DNA from: Fibrobacterota bacterium
GTDB taxonomy: Bacteria; Fibrobacterota; Fibrobacteria; UBA11236
Reading direction: 5' to 3'
Length of the DNA: 32,000 nt
Assembly (NCBI GenBank): GCA_947482115.1
Contig: CANKII010000008.1
Location: forward strand, 17,182-49,181
The first letter of the stretch is position 1. The number at the start of each line of letters is the position of its first letter. The position numbers and the translations under genes are program-made. Below are positions 23,891-32,000 of this stretch, in pieces. Below the pieces are notes generated by a model, which made no database searches, was not told where the DNA came from, and saw nothing but the letters and a program-made list of their open reading frames with translations.

Positions 23891-23933
23891 TTTGGCCGGT
23901 AGGGGCGGGGTTATCCCGCCCCTACCGGCCAAA
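23891..23933. repeat. Perfect 19-bp-stem palindromic hairpin (GTAGGGGCG core) between the acyl-CoA synthetase and fadN-type genes
   Basis: TTTGGCCGGTAGGGGCGGG (23891..23909) is the exact reverse complement of CCCGCCCCTACCGGCCAAA (23915..23933), with loop GTTAT. An extra GTAGGGGCG half-copy at 23882..23890 overlaps the TAG stop of the upstream gene. A-run rather than a T-run follows on the plus strand, so it is not a canonical intrinsic terminator. Confidence 0.85.
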
Positions 23934-23960
23934 AACAATGGCGCATTGTATAATACAGAA

Positions 23961-26168
23961 ATGAACACCATACGTTCAGCTGCGGTGATTGGCAGCGGTA
24001 TCATGGGTTCGCAAATCGCGGCCCATCTGGCTGCCTGCGGCATTCCCGTTCTATTGCTCGACATTCCTTCGGATGGCCCCAACCGGAATGCCATTGCGGA
24101 TAAGAACAAAGAAGCCCTTCGCAAAATTAAACCTTCGCCATTCTATTCTGCCGAAGCCATCCATCTCATCACCACCGGCAACATCGTGGATGATTTGGAA
24201 GAGGCCGGTCAAAGCGACTGGATCATCGAAGCCATTGTCGAACAATCCGGTCCCAAACAGGAATTGTTCGCGAAACTGCAAAAAGTGATGGGATCGAATT
24301 CCATTCTCTCCACCAACACCTCCGGCATTCCGCTCAAATTTTTGGGAAAAGACTTGAACACCGATATTCAACAGCGATTCATCGGCACGCATTTTTTCAA
24401 CCCTCCGCGATATTTGCGTTTGGTGGAAGTCATTCGCGGGCCGCATACCTCCCAAGAAACTGTGAATCGCATCAATCATGTGTTGACCGATGTGATCAAC
24501 AAGGTTCCGGTTCCCGCATTGGACTCCCCCGCCTTCATCGCCAATCGCATTGGCGTTCACGCCATGGTGCAAACACTTCGCATTGCACGGGAGCTGGGGC
24601 TCAGCGTGGAGGAAGTCGACGCGCTTACCGGACCCTTGATGGCAAGGCCCAAAACCGCCACCTTCCGTCTGGCCGATTTGGTGGGGCTCGACACTTTGGT
24701 GCATATCGTGAAAAATCTGCAGGAGGCTTTTCCGAAGGAAGGTTTTGAAATCGATCCGCTGTTGGAAAAGATGCTGGGCGAAAAACGGTTGGGGCGAAAA
24801 ACCGGCGCGGGATTTTATCGCAAGCAAGGTGATATTCTTGAAGTGCTGGATTTGAAAACCGGCGAATACAAACCGGAACAAAAAATCCGTTTTGAAGAAT
24901 TGAAGGAGGTTGCGAAAGAAGAAAACCTCGAAAGGAAAATACAGAAGCTTTATGCCGCAAAGGGTCGCGGAGCCGAGGCGGCGCAACTCATTTTGAATGC
25001 CACGCTTGCCTATGCGACCGAAGTCGCGCCGAGCATCGCAGAAAATCCCGCCTATGTGGATGAAGCGATGGAATTGGGTTTTGGATGGGATGCAGGGCCG
25101 TTTAAAATGATGGATGTCATTGGACCAACCGTAGGGGCGCGTCGCGACGCGCCCCTACGGTTGGTGGAACGCGGATTCAATCTGGCCCAATACCGTGTTT
25201 CAAATAAACCGGTGTTGGCGAATTCCGACGCCACATTGTGGGACATTGGCGACAAAGTGCTGTTGCTGGAATTCCATTCCAAAATGAATACCATGGGTCC
25301 ACAATCCTTGGACATGATTTTAAAATCTGTGGAGAAAGCCAACAACGGCTATGCCGGATTGGTGATCGGAAATCAAGGAGCGAACTTTTGCGCGGGCGCC
25401 AACATCGCCATGATCCTCATCGATGCGGCCAACGGAGAATTCGACAATATCGACGGAGCCATTCGCCAATTCCAATCGGCCAGTATGGCCATCAAGTATT
25501 CTGCCGTACCGGTGGTGGTTACGCCGCATAACCTCGCATTAGGGGGCGGTTGCGAATTCGTGCTGCACAGCCCGCGACCCGTGCTCTCCCCCGAAACTTA
25601 CATGGGATTGGTGGAAGTGGGTGTGGGGCTTTTACCCGCAGGCGGAGGCAGCAAGGAGTTGACCTTGCGCGCCATGGATAAAAATCGCGGAGGCATTCCG
25701 CTTCTTCATCTCTCCAAAGCCTTCGAGTTGATCGCGACGGCCAAGGTTTCCACTTCCGCGAAGGAAGCCTTTGAAATGGGTTATCTGGATTCCCGCGCCG
25801 AAATCGCGGTGAATGAAACGACACGGCTCGATCAAGCCAAAGCCGAAGTGTTGGCCATGAGTCGTGCGGGTTATCGTCCACCTGCGCCCGCAACACATGT
25901 GGAAGTTTTGGGAACGGAAGCCTTGGGCGCTTTTGAAACTGCCATCTATCTCATGCGCGAAGCCGGATATGCCAGCGAACACGACGCCTTCATAAGTCGC
26001 GCTGTGGCGCGCATCATGGCCGGAGGTCATGTGACACCGGGAACCGTGGTGGATGAAAATTATCTGCTCGAGCTGGAACGCGAAGAATTTTTGCGGTTGA
26101 TTGGAACGAAAAAATCGCAGGAACGCATCGAGCATATGTTGAAAAAAGGCAAGCCGCTGAGAAATTAA
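23961..26168 (+). CDS. fadN: Bifunctional 3-hydroxyacyl-CoA dehydrogenase / enoyl-CoA hydratase (FadN-type, dehydrogenase domain first)
   Basis: N-terminal Rossmann motif AAVIGSGIMGSQIAAHLAACGIPVLLLD. 3HCDH blocks: FIGTHFFNPPRYLRLVEVI, PAFIANRIG, GPLMARPKTATFRLADLVGLD. C-terminal crotonase block: LVIGNQGANFCAGANI, plus LALGGGCEF. I chose the start at the ATG at 23961; the 23892 extension merely translates the palindromic element. Confidence 0.92.
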   Translation: MNTIRSAAVIGSGIMGSQIAAHLAACGIPVLLLDIPSDGPNRNAIADKNKEALRKIKPSPFYSAEAIHLITTGNIVDDLEEAGQSDWIIEAIVEQSGPKQELFAKLQKVMGSNSILSTNTSGIPLKFLGKDLNTDIQQRFIGTHFFNPPRYLRLVEVIRGPHTSQETVNRINHVLTDVINKVPVPALDSPAFIANRIGVHAMVQTLRIARELGLSVEEVDALTGPLMARPKTATFRLADLVGLDTLVHIVKNLQEAFPKEGFEIDPLLEKMLGEKRLGRKTGAGFYRKQGDILEVLDLKTGEYKPEQKIRFEELKEVAKEENLERKIQKLYAAKGRGAEAAQLILNATLAYATEVAPSIAENPAYVDEAMELGFGWDAGPFKMMDVIGPTVGARRDAPLRLVERGFNLAQYRVSNKPVLANSDATLWDIGDKVLLLEFHSKMNTMGPQSLDMILKSVEKANNGYAGLVIGNQGANFCAGANIAMILIDAANGEFDNIDGAIRQFQSASMAIKYSAVPVVVTPHNLALGGGCEFVLHSPRPVLSPETYMGLVEVGVGLLPAGGGSKELTLRAMDKNRGGIPLLHLSKAFELIATAKVSTSAKEAFEMGYLDSRAEIAVNETTRLDQAKAEVLAMSRAGYRPPAPATHVEVLGTEALGAFETAIYLMREAGYASEHDAFISRAVARIMAGGHVTPGTVVDENYLLELEREEFLRLIGTKKSQERIEHMLKKGKPLRN
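25124..25165. repeat. 42-bp perfect palindrome (GTAGGGGCG core) embedded in frame within the fadN-type CDS
   Basis: ACCAACCGTAGGGGCGCGTCG followed directly by CGACGCGCCCCTACGGTTGGT. I checked all 21 positions and each pairs with its mirror partner. It spans 14 codons' worth of sequence and encodes roughly PTVGARRDAPLRLV. Confidence 0.85.
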
Positions 26169-26180
26169 AGGAACGGACTC

Positions 26181-27365
26181 ATGGAAACCAATGAAGCAGT
26201 CATCGTCGCCGGAGCGCGGACGCCCGTGGGCAAAGGCGGAAAAGGTTCCTTCGCCAAAGTGCGTTCCGATACGCTGGCAGCGCATTGCGTGTGTGAAACG
26301 CTGAAGCGTGCGCCGGGTGTGGATGCGGGAGAGATCGAAGATTTGATTCTGGGTTGCGCCATGCCGGAAGCCGAGCAGGGCATGAACGTGGCGCGCATGG
26401 TGGGCTTGCTGGCGGGCTTACCGGATCAAGTTCCCGGTATCACCATTAACCGCTATTGCTCTTCGGGTTTACAGTCCATCGCCATGGCGTCTGATCGCAT
26501 CAATCTCGGTGATGCACAGGTGATTCTGGCGGGCGGAATTGAAAGCATGTCCCTGATTCCCATGGGCGGACATAAAATCGCGCCCAATCTGGAACTCGTC
26601 AAACAACGTCCCGAATCTTACATGACCATGGGTCTCACCGCTGAACGAGTTTCGGAAAAGTATGGAATCTCCCGCGACGATCAGGATGCCTTTGCCTTGC
26701 GTTCTCATCAACGCGCCGTCGCAGCGATTCAATCCGGAAAGTTCAAGGATGAAATCGCGCCATTCACATGGACGGATATGGGTCTAGACAAACACCACAA
26801 GGAAATCTCACACGAACGTTCTTTGGCGGTGGACGAAGGCCCGCGCGCCGATACTTCATTGGAAGCCTTGAAAGCTCTCAAACCCGTGTTCAAAATAGAT
26901 GGAGTCGTCACCGCCGGAAACAGCTCGCAGGTCAGCGATGGCGCGGCTACGGTTCTCGTTACTTCACGAAAATACGCCGAGCAACACGGGCTTAAACCCT
27001 TGGCGCGTCTGCTCAAGTTCAGCGTGGTGGGAGTGCCTCCCGAAATCATGGGCATCGGCCCACTTTTCGCCATCCCGGATGTTCTCAAAAAAACCGGTTT
27101 AAGTCTGGATCAAATCGATTTGATCGAGTTGAATGAAGCCTTCGCAGCTCAAAGTCTGGCGGTAATTCGCGGATTGAAACTGGATGAAAACAAGGTGAAT
27201 GTGAATGGCGGAGCGATTGCGCTGGGCCATCCGCTGGGTTGCACGGGGACCAAACTGTCTTTGACTTTAATCCACGAACTGCGCCGCCGTGGCGGGCGTT
27301 ATGGCATCGTTACCATGTGCGTCGGTGGCGGCATGGGAGCCGCGGGAGTATTTGAAGCGTTGTAG
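26181..27365 (+). CDS. fadA: Acetyl-CoA C-acyltransferase (3-ketoacyl-CoA thiolase)
   Basis: [12 protein letters not shown] (active-site Cys), [37 protein letters not shown] lies upstream, and the gene starts 12 nt after the fadN-type stop. Confidence 0.95.
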   Translation: METNEAVIVAGARTPVGKGGKGSFAKVRSDTLAAHCVCETLKRAPGVDAGEIEDLILGCAMPEAEQGMNVARMVGLLAGLPDQVPGITINRYCSSGLQSIAMASDRINLGDAQVILAGGIESMSLIPMGGHKIAPNLELVKQRPESYMTMGLTAERVSEKYGISRDDQDAFALRSHQRAVAAIQSGKFKDEIAPFTWTDMGLDKHHKEISHERSLAVDEGPRADTSLEALKALKPVFKIDGVVTAGNSSQVSDGAATVLVTSRKYAEQHGLKPLARLLKFSVVGVPPEIMGIGPLFAIPDVLKKTGLSLDQIDLIELNEAFAAQSLAVIRGLKLDENKVNVNGGAIALGHPLGCTGTKLSLTLIHELRRRGGRYGIVTMCVGGGMGAAGVFEAL

Positions 27366-27369
27366 AAAA

Positions 27370-29100
27370 CTAACGCGAGGGATTTACCTGCGAAGCATCA
27401 GGCTTCAGGTAATAAACCCCCGCACCGGGCCGACCTGATGTGAGTTTGCCACCCAAGTCATACACCCTCCCATTTGCTTTCCCTGAGAATCCGAGGTTCA
27501 CCATCAACCGGGGCTGGCTGGTGAACTTATCCATCATGCGCTTGTTGTGGACTTGGATATCCGTGGTGAGTTCCGCATAGGACTTGGTCGTCAAATCGGG
27601 ACTGGACAGTTGATATAACTCGTAGTATGCAGAGGTACCCGTGTACGTTTTGTTCGCGGGATCGTACCAGTCCATCGCGGAAACATAAACCGTCCCATCA
27701 ATGCCGGATGCCATGGAGCTTATTCCGCGATGGCTTACGTTATTGCCAAAGTTCGTGGGATGCCCGATGCTTTGAGGTGTGGCATCCCCTTTTTTAAAGG
27801 CCCAAAGCGTATCGAGTGTATTGTCCGTACCCAACAGATAACCGTAAAATGGAGAGGTTTTGGCTCCATGAAAAACCGTACCCGCGATGACGCATTGCAA
27901 GGCATGGGCACCGCTCCTTGGAGCTGCGAAAGCGGGATCCTTATAGTATTTGCAGCTATCTCCTCCGGGTTTATGTTCAGGGTTCGTCGCAGTGGCGCAG
28001 GGACCGCTGTAACCCCAACCGTAACTTGAGCCACCGTAATTCCCGTCACCCAAATTGTTGAGATCGCCTCCCCGGTTCCAGCCGTAATTTCCTCCCTTGA
28101 CAATGAGATTGATTTCCTCATTGCGATCCTGCAATATTTCCCCCATCCACAAGAAGCCCGAGTCCGGGTCAAAAGCCAGCGTCCACGGATTTCTGAAACC
28201 TCTCGCCCAGATTTCCTTTTTGAGGGCTGTGTCCACCGCACCATTCACAAAGGGCGGATAGTTGGGGGGCTTTGTTCCCAGAGATTGAAACGAATCGACG
28301 GATGCAATGACTCCGACATAGGGATTGTCAGCCGGAACCACATAGGAAGCGCCAACAGGAGGCGGTGTGGTGACATCGATGCGCAAAACCTTGTTGAGGT
28401 TGTTGTGCAAATTCCGCGACTCGCCGTCATAACTCCCTGTAGTCAGGTACAAGTATCCATCAGGCCCAAACTTGGCTGTGCCGGATCCCACGGCGGGCTG
28501 TTGATGAACAATAAAGACCTGCCGCAGACGGGTCACCGAAGTAGCCGAATCATTGGTTTGATATTCATCCAAGGAAAAATCCCCGGCTGCAAGTCCAAAA
28601 GGATCCTGACCGTTGAAGGAGGCGATGCCTTTCACGCCGCTTGGATAATATTTGGGAAGGATTGCGGCCCACGCCGCATTGTTTCTGTAATACCAGACGT
28701 AAAACTTGTGGTTCGTCGCGTACAAAGGACTGAAAACGACACTATACGCTCCCGCCTCGCCTTCTGCGCTGTAATGTGTATCGCTCGAAAAATCAGCCAA
28801 GAGGGTTTTGGTGTAAGCCGCACCTGTATAATTCACCCACGACAATCCGGAGTAGCCCGTTGCATTCGGGAATATTCCCCATAGTTTTCCCTTGAGATCC
28901 AATGCAAAGAGATGTTTCGGCAAACCAGGTACTTCGGCGATGGAAGTGATTTTCGCCAAACTCCCCTTTAAGTTGACCGAGGCCGTGTCGTAAAAGGTTT
29001 TAAGGGTAACCCCGGTGGGCAAGGCCGAAAAGGAAAGAGAAGCGAAAGTTCCCAATGCTGCCAAGAAGACTTTGCCGTTGAAAAAGGCTGAATTTCTCAT
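27370..29100 (-). CDS. Secreted PQQ-dependent sugar dehydrogenase-like (GSDH/SGL) beta-propeller protein
   Basis: Signal peptide MRNSAFFNGKVFLAALGTFASLSFSA. GSDH family blocks: FGPDGYLYLTTG, NKVLRIDV...YVVPADNPYVG, EIWARGFRNPWTLAFDPDSGFLWMGEILQDRNEEINLIVKGGNYGWN. The short tail RVYDLGGKLTSGRPGAGVYYLKP resembles a sorting-domain remnant. Confidence 0.85.
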   Translation of the reverse strand: MRNSAFFNGKVFLAALGTFASLSFSALPTGVTLKTFYDTASVNLKGSLAKITSIAEVPGLPKHLFALDLKGKLWGIFPNATGYSGLSWVNYTGAAYTKTLLADFSSDTHYSAEGEAGAYSVVFSPLYATNHKFYVWYYRNNAAWAAILPKYYPSGVKGIASFNGQDPFGLAAGDFSLDEYQTNDSATSVTRLRQVFIVHQQPAVGSGTAKFGPDGYLYLTTGSYDGESRNLHNNLNKVLRIDVTTPPPVGASYVVPADNPYVGVIASVDSFQSLGTKPPNYPPFVNGAVDTALKKEIWARGFRNPWTLAFDPDSGFLWMGEILQDRNEEINLIVKGGNYGWNRGGDLNNLGDGNYGGSSYGWGYSGPCATATNPEHKPGGDSCKYYKDPAFAAPRSGAHALQCVIAGTVFHGAKTSPFYGYLLGTDNTLDTLWAFKKGDATPQSIGHPTNFGNNVSHRGISSMASGIDGTVYVSAMDWYDPANKTYTGTSAYYELYQLSSPDLTTKSYAELTTDIQVHNKRMMDKFTSQPRLMVNLGFSGKANGRVYDLGGKLTSGRPGAGVYYLKPDASQVNPSR

Positions 29101-29179
29101 CTTTCACCCCAAAAATTTGAATGCCATAACCTACCGCAAAACAAAATCTGGCGCAAGGGGTATATTTATAACGACTTCC

Positions 29180-29677
29180 ATGAAATTCACACGTAAAACC
29201 GATTATGCACTAAGGGCCATGCAGAACTTGGCGCGGCGGTATTATCATGCTCGTTCCGAGGGTATTGTCCCAAAACCGGTCCCGGTTTTGGTAATTGCCA
29301 GGGATACGGGGCTTTCCATCCGGTTTTTGCATGGCATTGTCGCCAAACTTTCCAAAGGCGGACTGCTCAAAACCGTGCCCGGCCCCAAGGGCGGTATCAC
29401 ACTTTCCAAGTCCCCCGAAGCCATTTCCATTCTCAACATTGTGGAATCTGTTGAAGGAAAAATCAACCTCATGAACTGCTTTGAGCATCCGGAAAATTGC
29501 GGGGCGGCGGATCATTGCTCCATCATGAGCGTCCTGCACACTGCTCAGGCCGCACTGGCCACCAATCTGCGCAATACCAATCTAAAGCTCATGGTCAAGG
29601 CCAAAAACGACCCTTTCCGTGCATTACCTGAGAAGCACTTCCTCAAGCCACAATTCGGCTGTCCCGTACTCAAATAG
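29180..29677 (+). CDS. Rrf2-family transcriptional regulator with a three-Cys putative Fe-S ligand motif
   Basis: MKFTRKTDYALRAMQNLARRY..., IARDTGLSIRFLHGIVAKLSKGGLLKTVPGPKGGITLSK, ISILNIVESVEG, then C-x6-C-x5-C (NCFEHPENCGAADHCSI). I chose the start at the ATG at 29180; the ORF-track 29015 extension overlaps the divergent gene. Confidence 0.88.
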   Translation: MKFTRKTDYALRAMQNLARRYYHARSEGIVPKPVPVLVIARDTGLSIRFLHGIVAKLSKGGLLKTVPGPKGGITLSKSPEAISILNIVESVEGKINLMNCFEHPENCGAADHCSIMSVLHTAQAALATNLRNTNLKLMVKAKNDPFRALPEKHFLKPQFGCPVLK

Positions 29678-29800
29678 TATTGTCACTTATTGTTTCATCT
29701 GCCTGACTTTTTTTCAAACGAATTTCATTGATTGGACCCGCTTTTTTGAGCATTTTTATCCGGCATTTTAAGGCGTTTCCGTTTTTATCAAAGGTTCCTC

Positions 29801-30970
29801 ATGAAGTTGCATGAATATCAGGGAAAAGCCCTGCTCCGCAAGGCCGGACTTCCCGTCCCGCGCGGTGAGGTGATTTTTTCCGCTTCTGAAACAAAAAAAG
29901 GTCTGGCCGCACTCGGTGGTGAAGCCGGAGTCGCGAAGGCACAGGCTTTTACAGGCGGTCGCGGCAAAGCCGGTGGTGTCAAACTGTTCAGCAATGCGGC
30001 GGAAGCCGAAGCCGTTGCCTCGAAATTGATCGGCATGACTTTGGTGACGAAACAAACCGGATCCGAAGGCGTAAAAATCACCGCGCTGTTGTTCGAAGAG
30101 CAAAGCAAAATTGCCCGTGAACTTTATTTCGCCGTCACGCTGGATCGCGCCCGGGCCAATGTCGTGTTCATCATCAGCCCCGAAGGCGGAATGGACATCG
30201 AAGAGATCGCCGAACATACGCCGGAAAAAATTCTGAAGCTTTATCCCGATTGGAACAATGGACCGGATGATGCGTTGTTAAAACAAGCTGCGGAGTTCCT
30301 CGGTTTGAATGCCGATCAATCCGTTCAATTCGCGGATGTTGCCCGCAAACTTTACAAGGTCTACATCGACAACGATTGTTCCCTGCTGGAAATCAACCCG
30401 CTCGCCGTCAATGGCGCGGGAAATTTGATCCTGCTGGATTGCAAAGTGACGATTGATGAAAACGCAGAATACCGCCAGCTTGAAACCGGCGGCGATCCCG
30501 ATGCGGAAAAAGATCCGGCGGAAATCGAAGCGGCGAAACACGGACTGAGCTACATCAAACTCGACGGCAATATCGGTTGCATGGTGAACGGCGCGGGACT
30601 GGCCATGGCCACCATGGACATCATCGCGCATTACGGCGCGCAACCCGCCAACTTCCTCGATGTGGGCGGCTCGGCCTCCGAAGAAGCCGTGACCAAGGCC
30701 TTTGAAATCATCACGTCGGACAAGCACGTGAAAGCCATTCTGGTGAACATCTTCGGCGGCATCATGCCCTGCGATCGCATTGCACGCGGCATCATCAATG
30801 CTGTCAATACCACGGGACTGCAGGTTCCGCTGGTGGTGCGTCTCGAAGGCACGAATGTGAACGAAGGAAAACTGCTGATCCGCGAATCCGGTCTCAATAT
30901 CATTTCCGCGGACGATCTCGAAGACGGCGCGCGCAAGGCCGCTCAAATGGTCGGCACTGCCAAAGCATAA
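29801..30970 (+). CDS. sucC: Succinyl-CoA synthetase beta subunit
   Basis: [62 protein letters not shown] and ILVNIFGGI are canonical SucC blocks. Confidence 0.96.
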   Translation: MKLHEYQGKALLRKAGLPVPRGEVIFSASETKKGLAALGGEAGVAKAQAFTGGRGKAGGVKLFSNAAEAEAVASKLIGMTLVTKQTGSEGVKITALLFEEQSKIARELYFAVTLDRARANVVFIISPEGGMDIEEIAEHTPEKILKLYPDWNNGPDDALLKQAAEFLGLNADQSVQFADVARKLYKVYIDNDCSLLEINPLAVNGAGNLILLDCKVTIDENAEYRQLETGGDPDAEKDPAEIEAAKHGLSYIKLDGNIGCMVNGAGLAMATMDIIAHYGAQPANFLDVGGSASEEAVTKAFEIITSDKHVKAILVNIFGGIMPCDRIARGIINAVNTTGLQVPLVVRLEGTNVNEGKLLIRESGLNIISADDLEDGARKAAQMVGTAKA

Positions 30971-30987
30971 AAGTCAGGAAGCAACCA

Positions 30988-31857
30988 ATGGCCATTCTTA
31001 TCGGCGCGGAAACGCGTCTCATCACCCAGGGTATCACCGGCAAGGCCGGGCTTTTCCATTCGCAAAAATGCCGCGAGTACGGCACGAATGTGGTGGGCGG
31101 CGTGACCCCGAAAAAAGGCGGCACCACGGTGGACGGCTTTGCGGTGTTCAATACCGTTGCCGAAGCGCGTCGTGAAACCGGCGCCAATGCCACCATGATT
31201 TTTGTTCCCGCTCCGTATGCAGCGGACGCGATTCTCGAAGCTGCGAATGCGGGCATCGAATTGATCGTCGCGATCACTGAAGGCATTCCTGTCATCGACA
31301 TGCTTCGTGTTCACAATGCTTTGAAGGGATCCAAGTCCATACTGATTGGTCCCAACTGCCCTGGCGTCACCACAGCGGGAGTTTGCAAAATTGGAATTGC
31401 GCCCGGCCCGATTCATCAAAAAGGCCGCATCGGTATTGTGTCGCGCTCCGGCACGCTTACTTACGAAGCCGTGCATCAAACCTCCCTGCTCGGTTTGGGT
31501 CAAACCACAGCCGTGGGTATCGGCGGCGACCCGATTCACGGCCTCTCGCATCTGGATGTCGTGCGCATGTTCAATGACGATCCGGAAACGGAAGGCATTG
31601 TGCTCATCGGAGAAATCGGCGGAAGCGACGAAGAAATGGCTGCGGCCTTTATTAAAGAACATGTGAAAAAACCCGTGGTCGGCTTCATCGCCGGAGCTTC
31701 AGCTCCCAAAGGCAAGCGTATGGGTCATGCTGGAGCCATTGTGGATGGAACTGCAGGCACGGCACAATCCAAAAAAGATGCGCTGCGCGCCGCAGGCGTG
31801 ACTATCGCTGAAACCGCAGCGGAAATTGGACAAAAAATGTTTGAGGCAATGAAATAA
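30988..31857 (+). CDS. sucD: Succinyl-CoA synthetase alpha subunit
   Basis: [53 protein letters not shown] and the phospho-His region MGHAGAI. The gene starts 17 nt after sucC. Confidence 0.96.
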   Translation: MAILIGAETRLITQGITGKAGLFHSQKCREYGTNVVGGVTPKKGGTTVDGFAVFNTVAEARRETGANATMIFVPAPYAADAILEAANAGIELIVAITEGIPVIDMLRVHNALKGSKSILIGPNCPGVTTAGVCKIGIAPGPIHQKGRIGIVSRSGTLTYEAVHQTSLLGLGQTTAVGIGGDPIHGLSHLDVVRMFNDDPETEGIVLIGEIGGSDEEMAAAFIKEHVKKPVVGFIAGASAPKGKRMGHAGAIVDGTAGTAQSKKDALRAAGVTIAETAAEIGQKMFEAMK

Positions 31858-31898
31858 CCTCTGCCCTTCGGCTACGCTCAGGGCTCGGAAAGGAAACG

Positions 31899-32000
31899 AT
31901 GTCATTCAAAAAACCAAAAATTGCTTTAGTTGGCGCCGGACAAATCGGCGGAACCATGGCCCTGCTCGCCGCCCAAAAACAATTGGGCGACGTCCTGCTG
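31899..32000 (+). CDS. mdh: Malate dehydrogenase (LDH-like MDH family), first 34 codons; continues beyond the window
   Basis: The ATG at 31899 is preceded by GGAAAGGAAAC. The product [34 protein letters not shown] matches the KI-x-x-I/V-GAG-x-IGGT-x-A N-terminus of bacterial type-3 MDH. Its position directly after sucCD fits a TCA-cycle cluster. Confidence 0.8.
   Translation, partial: MSFKKPKIALVGAGQIGGTMALLAAQKQLGDVLL

Noticed and set aside
23892-23960. N-terminal extension of the fadN-type ORF (MAGRGGVIPPLPAKNNGALYNTE)
   Set aside because: This peptide is just the translation of the palindromic GTAGGGGCG hairpin. The Rossmann fold begins immediately after the ATG at 23961, which is the sensible start.
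24051-24986. 311-aa antisense ORF inside the fadN-type gene. Similar long antisense ORFs lie at 30278..30946, 30943..31662, 5916..6551, 1330..1932 and 22404..22964.
   Set aside because: All lie opposite genes with unambiguous conserved motifs. Their translations are low-complexity (Arg/Gly/His/Phe-rich) with no recognisable domains. Such shadow ORFs are typical opposite strongly codon-biased genes.
31858-31898. Possible hairpin in the sucD-mdh spacer (CTGCCCTTCGGCTACGCTCAGGGCTCGG)
   Set aside because: Only a 4-5 bp GCCCT/AGGGC stem with a large loop and no U-tract. This is too weak to call a terminator, and the genes are most likely co-transcribed.
1-32000. Search for CRISPR arrays, transposases, integrases, toxin-antitoxin pairs, restriction-modification or other known defence modules
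   Set aside because: I saw no regularly spaced direct repeats and no ORF with recombinase, nuclease-helicase, methyltransferase or small TA-like signatures. The unassigned genes all look like envelope or secreted proteins rather than defence components.

Overview
This is a 32 kb chromosomal segment of moderate GC content, densely packed with genes. I call 27 protein-coding genes (two cut by the window edges) and one tRNA. I found no rRNA, CRISPR array, transposase, integrase or phage genes.

Housekeeping genes, recognised from their motifs:
- GH57 alpha-glucan branching enzyme
- threonine synthase (thrC)
- MTA/SAH nucleosidase (mtnN)
- adenine phosphoribosyltransferase (apt)
- a YtfJ/GerW-like protein
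- tRNA-Arg(ACG)
- class A PBP1A
- rmuC
- a beta-oxidation operon: acyl-CoA synthetase, FadN-type dehydrogenase/hydratase, thiolase
- an Rrf2 regulator
- sucC, sucD and the start of mdh

Between these lie many exported or envelope proteins with no assigned function:
- a fibro-slime domain protein, missed by the ORF track because it runs off the left edge
- two SGL/GSDH-like beta-propellers
- a DUF2341-LamG-Ig protein
- a lipoprotein plus outer-membrane barrel pair, apparently co-transcribed with a Lys/Ala-rich DUF4912 protein and the GH57 enzyme
- a 4.5 kb run of five consecutive lipoprotein or secreted-protein genes between thrC and mtnN

The fibro-slime domain and the C-terminal sorting-like tails suggest a Fibrobacterota-like or wider FCB-group organism. 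This is a low-confidence inference.

I see no recognisable defence or mobile system. The points most worth following up are:
1. Two long perfect palindromes sharing a GTAGGGGCG core. One is intergenic. The other is 42 bp and sits in frame inside the fadN-type gene.
2. The envelope plus glycogen four-gene unit.
3. The tandem paralogous lipoprotein pairs.

All family assignments come from remembered motifs, not database searches.
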